Below, in pieces: positions 1 through 10,618 of a stretch of 64,000 bases of DNA (position 1 is the first letter of the stretch; every line of letters starts with the position of its first letter). The stretch is from assembly GCA_903847405.1 (NCBI GenBank), contig CAINDP010000142.1, positions 389 through 64,388 of the forward strand. The letters run 5' to 3'. The notes beneath the pieces were generated by a model. It was not told where the DNA came from. It worked only from the letters and a program-made list of their open reading frames with translations, and made no database searches. Both the position numbers and the translations under genes were made by a program. The DNA comes from an uncultured Myxococcales bacterium (GTDB taxonomy: Bacteria; Myxococcota_A; UBA9042; DTJE01).

Positions 1-2
1 CG

Positions 3-842
3 GGCTTCACGGTGAAGGTCACCGGCCTGAAGGGCGGCCATTCGGGGCTGGACATCAGCCGCAACCGCGGCAACGCGATCAAGGTCCTGGCGCGGGCCCT
101 CGAGGCCGGCGCCGGCGTGGACGGCGTGATGCTGGCGTGCCTGGAAGGCGGCAGCAAGCGCAACGCCATCCCGCGCGAGGCGTCGGCCTGCGTGTGGGTC
201 CCGGCGGACCGCGCGGCGACGTTCGCGGACAAGGTCCAGGCCATGGCGACGCGCATCCGCGTGGAACTGGGCAAGGCCGATCCGGACCTGGCGATCGCCG
301 TCGAGCCCATCTGCTGCGACGTGCCGCCGGTGGCCCAGTCGGCGACGATCCTCCGCACGATCCTGACGCTGCCCCACGGTCCCATCGTGATGAGCCAGGA
401 CATCCCCGGCCTGGTGGAAACCTCGACCAACGTCGGCATCGTCGCGCTGAACGACACCGAGTGCACCGTGACGTGCCTCAGCCGCTCCTCGGTCGGGCCG
501 GCGATGGACACCGTGCGGGAATCCATCCGCAACCTGGCCGAACTGGCGGGCGGCGCCGCCGACCTCGTCAACGGCTACCCGGGCTGGCGCCCGAACATCG
601 ACTCGCCGGTCCTGGCCGTCTGCCGCACGGTGTGGCAGGAGGTTTCCGGCCGCGAGGCGATCGTCACGGCGATCCACGCGGGCCTCGAGTGCGGCGTCAT
701 CGGCGAGAACGTGCCCGGCCTGGACACCATCTCGCTGGGCCCGGACATGCGGAACGTCCACAGCCCCGACGAATACCTGTCGGTCCCGTCCACGGCCCGC
801 TTCTACGCCTACCTGAAGGCGATCCTGACCCGCCTGGCCTGA
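3..842 (+). CDS. pepD: Xaa-His dipeptidase / aminoacyl-histidine dipeptidase (M20 family), C-terminal part; 5' end lies outside the window
   Basis: Translation (GGHSGLDI...HAGLECG...GPDMRNVHSPDE) matches the PepD/cytosol non-specific dipeptidase C-terminal region. The frame is open to the window start. Confidence 0.8.
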   Translation, partial: GFTVKVTGLKGGHSGLDISRNRGNAIKVLARALEAGAGVDGVMLACLEGGSKRNAIPREASACVWVPADRAATFADKVQAMATRIRVELGKADPDLAIAVEPICCDVPPVAQSATILRTILTLPHGPIVMSQDIPGLVETSTNVGIVALNDTECTVTCLSRSSVGPAMDTVRESIRNLAELAGGAADLVNGYPGWRPNIDSPVLAVCRTVWQEVSGREAIVTAIHAGLECGVIGENVPGLDTISLGPDMRNVHSPDEYLSVPSTARFYAYLKAILTRLA

Positions 843-930
843 TCCCCCGCCCGGATCGGATCCCGCAGACGTCCTTGCCCCACATGTGCTCCATCCACTA
901 CAATGTCGCGGGTTTCCCGAGGGCATGCCG

Positions 931-2364
931 ATGTTTCGACCCTTCTCCGCGACCGTGGCGTTCCTTGCGACGGCCACGGTCCTGGCAACCGCGGCACCAG
1001 CCCTCGCGGCATGCCCCAGCGGGTCCACGCAGGTGGCCGCCACCTGCGGATCCATCGACACGGCGGGATGCTGCGGCACCTTCGAGCGCGTCCGCTTCTG
1101 CGCAGGCGGCGTGCTGTGCGAAACCTACTGCTCGGCCGACTACTGCTACTGGACCGCGTCGTCGTCGAAATACGCGTGCGGCCCCAACCAGTTGGCTGAC
1201 CCCACTGGGGTCCATCCCCGCGAGTGCGGCTGCAACCCGGCCTGCCCCTCAGACCAGCAGTGCGTCGGCGGCGTCTGCCAGTGCGCACCGCAGTGCACCG
1301 GCAAGGACTGCGGCGACGACAGTTGCGGCGGATCCTGCGGCACCTGCAACTCCGGCCCCACGTGGGCCTGTGTCGTCGACACGTGCGTGTGCACGCCCAC
1401 CTGCGTGAATCGCCAATGCGGCTCGGACGGCTGCACCGGCAACTGCGGCACGTGCCCCACGGGCCAGATCTGCACGGGCGCCCTGCAATGCGTGGACAAG
1501 CCCTGCACGCCGGTGTGCTTCGCGCGCGAGTGCGGCGACGACAAGTGCCAGGGGTCCTGCGGGATCTGCCCGTCCGGCGAGACCTGCGACCAGTTCAGCG
1601 GCCAATGCCTGACCAGTTCCTGCACGCCCCAGTGCACCGGGAAGCAGTGCGGCACGGACGGCTGCACCGGAACCTGCGGAACCTGCGCCGAGGGCTCCAC
1701 CTGCAGCGCCCAGGGAACCTGCACGGCGGGTCCCTGCGTGCCTTCCTGCGATGGCAAGGTCTGCGGCAGCAACGGCTGCGAGGGAACCTGCGGCTCCTGC
1801 ACCGACGGAATGGAATGCGACGCCGGGGGCCAGTGCGTCGGCGGTTCCTGCCAGCCCCAGTGCACGGACCGGCAGTGCGGCAGCAACGGCTGCGACGGCA
1901 CCTGCGGCGCCTGCGTCCCGCCGGAAACCTGCGACGCCCTGTTCCACTGCGTCGCGCCCTGCCAGCCCCTGTGCGGCGTGCGGCAGTGCGGCGACGACGG
2001 CTGCGGGGCGTCCTGCGGCACCTGCGGGAACGGCCTGTACTGCGACGACGCCTATCGCTGTCGGGCCGGGACTCCCCCGGACCCGGGCACCGTGGAGGAC
2101 ATCGCGACCAGCGATCGGGGAGGCGGCGATGCGCCGGCGGGCACGGACCTTGCCGTCACCGATCGGGCCACGGACAAGGACGCGTCGGCGTGCCCGACCG
2201 GGTACACGCAGTATTACGGCCAGTGCATCCCCCCCGCCGAATCCAAGAGCGGTGGCGGATGCGCGTCGGGCGGTGTGCCCTCCCCTGCCGGCGCGTTCGC
2301 GCTGCTGACCGTGCTGGCGATCCTGGGGGCGGCGCGCCGTCGCAACCGCCTGGGGCAGGGATGA
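931..2364 (+). CDS. secreted cysteine-rich repeat protein (Myxococcus-type Cys-rich repeat, ~8 copies) with MYXO-CTERM-like C-terminal sorting tail
   Basis: ATG at 931 preceded by GAGGG. Signal peptide MFRPFSATVAFLATATVLATAAPALA. Repeated ~40-aa units C-x-P-x-C-x-G-K/R-x-C-G-x-D-G-C-x-G-x-C-G-x-C (TIGR02232-like). The C-terminus GGGCASGG...AFALLTVLAILGAARRRNR resembles MYXO-CTERM (GC-motif, hydrophobic helix, Arg cluster). Confidence 0.8.
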   Translation: MFRPFSATVAFLATATVLATAAPALAACPSGSTQVAATCGSIDTAGCCGTFERVRFCAGGVLCETYCSADYCYWTASSSKYACGPNQLADPTGVHPRECGCNPACPSDQQCVGGVCQCAPQCTGKDCGDDSCGGSCGTCNSGPTWACVVDTCVCTPTCVNRQCGSDGCTGNCGTCPTGQICTGALQCVDKPCTPVCFARECGDDKCQGSCGICPSGETCDQFSGQCLTSSCTPQCTGKQCGTDGCTGTCGTCAEGSTCSAQGTCTAGPCVPSCDGKVCGSNGCEGTCGSCTDGMECDAGGQCVGGSCQPQCTDRQCGSNGCDGTCGACVPPETCDALFHCVAPCQPLCGVRQCGDDGCGASCGTCGNGLYCDDAYRCRAGTPPDPGTVEDIATSDRGGGDAPAGTDLAVTDRATDKDASACPTGYTQYYGQCIPPAESKSGGGCASGGVPSPAGAFALLTVLAILGAARRRNRLGQG

Positions 2365-2404
2365 TTCGCAGATGTCCCGGCCGGCAGCGGCGCGGGGACG
2401 AACC

Positions 2405-3394
2405 TCAGAACATCAGCAACTGCACTTCCGACTGCATGGCCACCGCCTCGACGCCGCGAGCGCGGATCCGCCCGGCCACCGCCTCGGCCCCGTGGCCCAC
2501 GGCGATCACCCGCGTGACGCCCGTCTTTTCGACCAGCGCCAGCAGGCCGGCCGGGTCCAGGTGCCCCGTCAGCGGGATGCCTTCGTCCACGCGCATCCGG
2601 GCCAGCACGTCCGGCATCAGGCTGCGCCCGGACAGCCACACCAGGCGAACGCGCTCCAGCCCGGTGACCGTCCGCTTGAACCGCAGGACCTCGGGCAGCA
2701 CCAGGGCATGATCGTGCCGGGGGGCGCCACGGAACTGGCGGGCCGCCCCCGGATCGAACCCCATCACCCGGTACTGCTGGTTCACGGCCGCGATGGACCG
2801 GTGGACCAGCACGGGCACCCCGGCCTTCGTCAGGGCCCGCACGACCTCCTGGGACTTGCCCATCAACGACCCCAGGAACACCGGGGTGTTGCCGCCGGCC
2901 AGGGTGCGGCGCGCCACGTCCACGACCCGGGCCAGGGCGTCGGCGCGTTCCGGGAAGGCCTGCTCCAGGTGCCCGTAGTCCGCCCGGATCACCAGGACGT
3001 CCCCCTTCGGAACCTGCGCGACCTCGGCCATGGCGTGGGCCCGCAGCGCCACCTGGGATGCGTACAGCACGGTGGTTCCGTGCGTCGCCACCCGCACGAT
3101 CGCCGCGCCGGGCATGTGGCCGGAGGGGTGCATGGTGATGTCCAGGGGTCCCAGGTGCAGGACCTTCCCGAACGGCGCCACGAGGGGGGCAAAGTCCTTC
3201 CGCACGACCCGGACCAGGTCGCGGGTGCGATCCGTGCACAGCGCGACGGCATGGCGTCCGGCGTCCCGCACGCGGGCCGAGGACAGGAAGGTGAGGACGT
3301 CGGGGCGCGAAGCATCAAACCACAGGACCGAACCCACCAGGTGGATCCCGCGGTCCCAGGCAAACTCCGGCCGTTCCACCGCCCCCCCTGTCAC
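2405..3394 (-). CDS. beta-CASP / metallo-beta-lactamase-fold protein with degenerate HxHxDH motif (possible pseudo-enzyme)
   Basis: 329-aa frame ending ...VIAVGHGAEAV (beta-CASP motif C, HGE-like). N-terminal WFDASRP-DVLTFLSSARVRD aligns where MBL proteins carry ITHAHSDH, but the His/Asp residues are not conserved. The GTG start overlaps the pilS stop (GTGA). Confidence 0.55.
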   Translation of the reverse strand: MTGGAVERPEFAWDRGIHLVGSVLWFDASRPDVLTFLSSARVRDAGRHAVALCTDRTRDLVRVVRKDFAPLVAPFGKVLHLGPLDITMHPSGHMPGAAIVRVATHGTTVLYASQVALRAHAMAEVAQVPKGDVLVIRADYGHLEQAFPERADALARVVDVARRTLAGGNTPVFLGSLMGKSQEVVRALTKAGVPVLVHRSIAAVNQQYRVMGFDPGAARQFRGAPRHDHALVLPEVLRFKRTVTGLERVRLVWLSGRSLMPDVLARMRVDEGIPLTGHLDPAGLLALVEKTGVTRVIAVGHGAEAVAGRIRARGVEAVAMQSEVQLLMF

Positions 3395-5151
3395 GCCGGC
3401 AGTCGGATCTCGAATTCCGTCCGGACGTACGGCACGCTCGACACGCTCACGCGCCCACCCATCTCCTCGAGCAACTGGGTCACCGTCGCCAGCCCCAGGC
3501 CCGTGCCCCGGGGCTTCGTCGTGTAGAACGCGTCGAAGATCCGTTCCAGGTCCTCCTGGGGAATGCCGCAGCCGTTGTCGATGATGCGCACGACGCCCCA
3601 ACGCCGCCCGCCGTCGGTTTCCGCCCTCAGGCGCACGACCAGCTGGCCCCCGTCGGACATCGCCTCGATCGAGTTCTTGCACAGGTTCAGGAACACCCCT
3701 TGCAGGCGTTGGGGGTCCCCGGTCAGGGCCAGCCCCGCCTCGATGTCGGAGGCCACCTCCAGGCGCGACGCCGCCGGATCGCCCCGCACCACCTGCACGA
3801 CCTGCTCCAGCAGTTCCGACAGGTTCATGACCATGACCTCGCCCTTCCGCGGGCGTGCATAGTCCAGCAGCTCGGTGATCCACTCGTTCAGGCGGTCGGC
3901 CTCCCGAACGACGATGTCCAGGGCGCGCCGATCGTCGCCGACCATTCCGGAGGCCATGGAAAGCAGTTGCGCCGAGGCCGAGATCGCGGCCAGCGGGTTG
4001 CGGATCTCGTGGGCGACCACCGCGGACAGCTTGCCGATCGTGGCCAACTGCTCGTCGGCCTTCATCCGCGCCTCCAGAACCTTCACCGTGGTCACGTCCG
4101 ACACGTCCAGGATGCGCCCCATCATTTCGCCGATCCGCGACACCAGCGGCGTCACCGACACCTTCAGCCAGCGCTGCTCCCCGGAAACGCCCGCCCGCCA
4201 GACCTCGAACGGCTCCCGGTAGTTCGCCATGGGCTCGCGCAGATCCGGCATCAGTTCGAACAGGTCCCGGCCCTTCGACCGGTTCATGTCGATGCCCAGC
4301 ATCTCCTCGGCCGCCCGGTTCACGTGCAGGATCCGATCGTCCAGCCGGCAGGTGACGATGCCCGTGTTGACCGACGTCAGGATCGATTCGTGCAGTTGCC
4401 GCAGGTCCTCCAGGGTCGAACGATAGCGCTCCCTCTGGAGGTCCGACCGCCGCAACTGCTCGGACAGGTAGGACGACAGGATGCCGATGCTGATGAACGC
4501 CACCGCGTTCAGGCCCACCGAGTACAGGACGGCGTTCAGGGACCCCCGGGCGATCACCTCCGACAGGAACCACGGCAACCCGATCTGCCCCAGTTCCATC
4601 AACGCGATCAGGGTCATCATGCTCAGCGAGCCCAGGATCGTCAGGATCGTCCCGGGGCGCCCCAGGATGATCCCGCCCACGACGATGTTCAGCGAAAAGA
4701 AGAAGGTGAAGGCCGAACCCGTGCCCCCCGTGGAGGTGACGAGGACGGCGGACAGCAGGGCATCCTGGGCCATCTGCAGGAACGCGATGGCCTGCAACGA
4801 CCGGCGCCCCTTGACCGTCAGCAGGACCGGAAAGTACAGCGCGGCCGGCACCAGCCAGGCCATTCCGACCCACATCAGGGTGTCCCGGACCATTTCGATC
4901 AGGGACAGGCCCGTGCTGCCGGAAAAGATCGCAGTCGCGGTGACCAGGACCAGGAGGCTGACGATCCGAAGCCACGACAACCACAGCAGTTTCCTGCGCA
5001 GGGTCGCCACCGCCCAGGAGGTCGAGGGTTCCTCGGACCGCTCCCGCAGTTCGTCGCGCAACGGCCAGCGGGCCGGGGTCAGATCCCGGACCTGTGCCGA
5101 TGCTCCCGTATCCGTGGCACCGTCATCCATCCGGGGTTGCTCCAGGGGCAC
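3391..5151 (-). CDS. pilS: sensor histidine kinase, PilS-like (six N-terminal TM helices, PAS, HisKA, HATPase)
   Basis: N-terminal block of ~6 hydrophobic helices followed by a PAS-like region, the H-box (AHEIRNPLAAI) and the ATPase G-boxes (DNGCGIP, GTGLGL). Located immediately downstream of pilC as in Myxococcus and Pseudomonas pil loci. Confidence 0.6.
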   Translation of the reverse strand: MPLEQPRMDDGATDTGASAQVRDLTPARWPLRDELRERSEEPSTSWAVATLRRKLLWLSWLRIVSLLVLVTATAIFSGSTGLSLIEMVRDTLMWVGMAWLVPAALYFPVLLTVKGRRSLQAIAFLQMAQDALLSAVLVTSTGGTGSAFTFFFSLNIVVGGIILGRPGTILTILGSLSMMTLIALMELGQIGLPWFLSEVIARGSLNAVLYSVGLNAVAFISIGILSSYLSEQLRRSDLQRERYRSTLEDLRQLHESILTSVNTGIVTCRLDDRILHVNRAAEEMLGIDMNRSKGRDLFELMPDLREPMANYREPFEVWRAGVSGEQRWLKVSVTPLVSRIGEMMGRILDVSDVTTVKVLEARMKADEQLATIGKLSAVVAHEIRNPLAAISASAQLLSMASGMVGDDRRALDIVVREADRLNEWITELLDYARPRKGEVMVMNLSELLEQVVQVVRGDPAASRLEVASDIEAGLALTGDPQRLQGVFLNLCKNSIEAMSDGGQLVVRLRAETDGGRRWGVVRIIDNGCGIPQEDLERIFDAFYTTKPRGTGLGLATVTQLLEEMGGRVSVSSVPYVRTEFEIRLPA

Positions 5152-5152
5152 G

Positions 5153-6370
<1,218 letters not shown>

Positions 6371-6391
6371 GGAAGGTATCCTCCTGCCCGG

Positions 6392-7537
6392 CTACAGGCC
6401 TGCCTGCGTCAACATGTTTCCCAGTTCCTCGACGTCGCCTGCATGTGCCATGGCTTCCTCGCGGGTGATCATCCGGTCCCGGATCAACTTCAGCAGCGCC
6501 TGGTTCAGCGTCTGCATCCCGAACTTGGTCTGGCCCATCTGCATCTGCGAGTAGATCTGGTGCGCCTTGCCCTCGCGGATCAGGTTGCGGATGGCCGGGT
6601 TCGGCATCAGCAGTTCGATCGCGATCACCCGCCCCTTGCCGTCGGCCCGGGGCAGCAACTGCTGGCTGAGGATGCCCTCGCACACGAACGAGAACTGGGT
6701 CCGCACGCGCTCCTGCTGGTCCACCGGGAACAGGTCCATCACGCGGTGGATCGTCTGCACGGCGCTGTTCGTGTGCAGGGTGGACAGCACCAGGTGCCCG
6801 GTTTCCGACAGGCGCAGGGCCGTTTCCATCGTTTCGGTGTCGCGGATTTCGCCCACCAGGACCACGTCCGGATCCTGGCGCATGACGTAGCGCAGCGCGT
6901 CCGCGAAGTTCAGGGTGTCGGTCCCCACCTCGCGCTGGTTCACGATGCAGTTCTTGTGGCGGTGCAGGAATTCGATCGGATCCTCGATGGTCAGGATGTG
7001 CCCGCGACGGCGCTGGTTGATGGCGTCCACCATCGAGGCCAGCGTCGTGGACTTGCCCGATCCCGTCGGGCCCGTGACCAGGATCAGCCCCCGGGGCCGC
7101 TCGACCAGTTGGCTGACCGCCGCCGGGATGCCCAGTTCGTCGAACGTCATGATGCGCGACGGGATCTGCCGGATGGCTCCCGCGACGCTGCCGCGCTGCC
7201 GGAAGAAGTTCGCCCGGAAGCGGCTGACGTTCCGCCACTGGAACGACATGTCGATTTCGTTCTTTTCCTCGAAGCGCTTCTTCTGCGATTCCGTCAGCAC
7301 GGAGTAGCACAGACGCTGGGTGTCGGGCGGCGTCAGGGGCGGCACCTTCACGGGGTACAGCGAACCGTCCACCCGCAACTGCGGCGGAGTGCCGACCGTC
7401 AGGTGCAGGTCGGACGCACCCTTTTCGACCATCACCTGCAGCAACGCGTGGATGTCCAGGCCGGGATTGGACGATGCAGCGGATGCAGCGGGCCCCGCCG
7501 TCACCTGGTTCCTCGGGTCGTTGGTCGGCGCGTTCAT
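6392..7537 (-). CDS. pilT: twitching motility ATPase PilT (pilus retraction)
   Basis: Walker A GPTGSGKSTT, Asp box, Walker B and His box of PilT/GspE ATPases. 27-aa N-terminal extension relative to typical PilT; the true start may be internal. Confidence 0.9.
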   Translation of the reverse strand: MNAPTNDPRNQVTAGPAASAASSNPGLDIHALLQVMVEKGASDLHLTVGTPPQLRVDGSLYPVKVPPLTPPDTQRLCYSVLTESQKKRFEEKNEIDMSFQWRNVSRFRANFFRQRGSVAGAIRQIPSRIMTFDELGIPAAVSQLVERPRGLILVTGPTGSGKSTTLASMVDAINQRRRGHILTIEDPIEFLHRHKNCIVNQREVGTDTLNFADALRYVMRQDPDVVLVGEIRDTETMETALRLSETGHLVLSTLHTNSAVQTIHRVMDLFPVDQQERVRTQFSFVCEGILSQQLLPRADGKGRVIAIELLMPNPAIRNLIREGKAHQIYSQMQMGQTKFGMQTLNQALLKLIRDRMITREEAMAHAGDVEELGNMLTQAGL

Positions 7538-7545
7538 CGTCCGCC

Positions 7546-9381
<1,836 letters not shown>

Positions 9382-9392
9382 CGCTCTCCCAA

Positions 9393-9426
9393 TGGATCGT
9401 CCCGAGGCGGCTTCGGCTCGGGAGGG
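9393..9426 (-). repeat. short (internally deleted) copy of the palindromic repeat family (copy E), in the pilB upstream leader
   Basis: Plus-strand tggatcgtcccgag-gcggcttcggc-tcgggagg is the reverse complement of the element termini (cctcccgag...ccgaagccg.ctcgggacgatcca) seen at 33974, 37977, 55932 and 57101. It lies 12 nt upstream of the pilB start. Confidence 0.6.
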
Positions 9427-9597
9427 TTGGTTCGGGCGCTACCCGCGCCGCCGGCCCATTCTATCGGCGGAGCCCGCGCTGTGTCAAGGAAACCCCAGGT
9501 GCATCGCGTCGTTGTGGGATGCGGTCCACCGCGTTGTCCGGGCCGGAATTCGAGGCGGGGTGAGGGGCCGGCGACGACCGGCCGGGAGCAGGCGTTC

Positions 9598-10590
9598 CTA
9601 CGCGCGCCAGGAGTTCAGGACGCGCATGTAGTTCGCGCGCTCGAACGCCTCGGGGTTGGGGCTCTTCTCCAGGTTCATGCTGCCGCGGGCCTGGGCCAGG
9701 GACTCGTACTCGTGCTCGTCCAGCCACGCGGCCAGGCCGGTCCGCAGCTCCTTCGCATAGCCGGGGCCGTTGCGCAGCAGCGCCGACACGACCTGCACGA
9801 CGCCGGCGCCCGCCATCACGGACTTCACGACATCCTGGACCGTGTGGACGCCGCCCGACAGGGCCAGCGAGCCCTTGACCTGGCCCGACAGGAGGGCCAG
9901 CCACCGCAGGCGCAGCAGCAGTTCCGAACTGTCGGACAGCCGCAGGGACGGCGTGACTTCCAGGCGCTCGATGTCGATGTCCGGCTGGTAGAAGCGGTTG
10001 AACAGGACCAGGCCGTCGGCGCCCGCCCCTTCCAGCCGGGACGCGAAGTTCTTCAGGGAGGTGAAGAACGGCGACAGCTTCACGGCGACGGGGATCGTCA
10101 CCGCGCCCTTGACCGCCTTGACGATGTCCAGCGTGCGCTGCTCGATCGCGTCGCTGCTCTCGCCGACGCCCGCGGCCACGTAGTACACGTTCAGTTCCAG
10201 GGCGTCCGCGCCGGCCTGCTGGATCTGTTTCGCATAGTCCACCCACCCGGCGCCGGTCACGCCGTTCAGGCTGCCCACGACCGGGCAGGACACCAGGGCC
10301 TTCACCCTGCGGACCTGGTCCAGATATTCCTCCGGCCCCAGCCGGTACTCGCTCAGTTCGGGGAAGTAGGACTGCGCCTCGGCCGAGTTTTCCGCCGGCA
10401 GTTCGCGGTCCAGCAGTTCCTTGACCTGGTCCCGTGCAATCTGCTCCTCGAACAGCGAGTGCATCACGATCGCGCCGATGCCCGCCTCTTCCAGGCGGCG
10501 GACGGCGTCCAGGTCGGTCCCCAGCGGCGAGGCGCCGGCGATGATCGGGGACGTGAGTTCCAGTCCAAGGTACGTGGTCGTCAACTTCAT
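9598..10590 (-). CDS. dihydroorotate dehydrogenase-like protein (TIM-barrel flavoprotein partner of PFOR)
   Basis: 330 aa, MKLTTTYLGLELTSPIIAGASPL...VMHSLFEEQ... class-1 DHOD-like fold. This family characteristically sits next to pyruvate:ferredoxin oxidoreductase genes. Confidence 0.8.
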   Translation of the reverse strand: MKLTTTYLGLELTSPIIAGASPLGTDLDAVRRLEEAGIGAIVMHSLFEEQIARDQVKELLDRELPAENSAEAQSYFPELSEYRLGPEEYLDQVRRVKALVSCPVVGSLNGVTGAGWVDYAKQIQQAGADALELNVYYVAAGVGESSDAIEQRTLDIVKAVKGAVTIPVAVKLSPFFTSLKNFASRLEGAGADGLVLFNRFYQPDIDIERLEVTPSLRLSDSSELLLRLRWLALLSGQVKGSLALSGGVHTVQDVVKSVMAGAGVVQVVSALLRNGPGYAKELRTGLAAWLDEHEYESLAQARGSMNLEKSPNPEAFERANYMRVLNSWRA

Positions 10591-10618
10591 GATGGTCCTC
10601 CTCCTGCGATCGCCCGGG

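Noticed and set aside
2361-2404. Possible bidirectional terminator between the convergent Cys-rich gene and the MBL-like gene (CCGGCCGG palindrome)
   Set aside because: Only a short self-complementary GC octamer without a convincing stem-loop or T-tract. Too weak to call.
1146-2711. ORFs 1146-2021(-), 1224-2711(+), 1249-1947(-) and 1751-2308(+) overlapping the Cys-rich repeat gene
   Set aside because: They are alternate-frame readings of the highly repetitive GC-rich Cys-repeat DNA. They lack signal peptides, domains or RBS, whereas the 931-2364 frame has a signal peptide, regular Cys spacing and a sorting tail.
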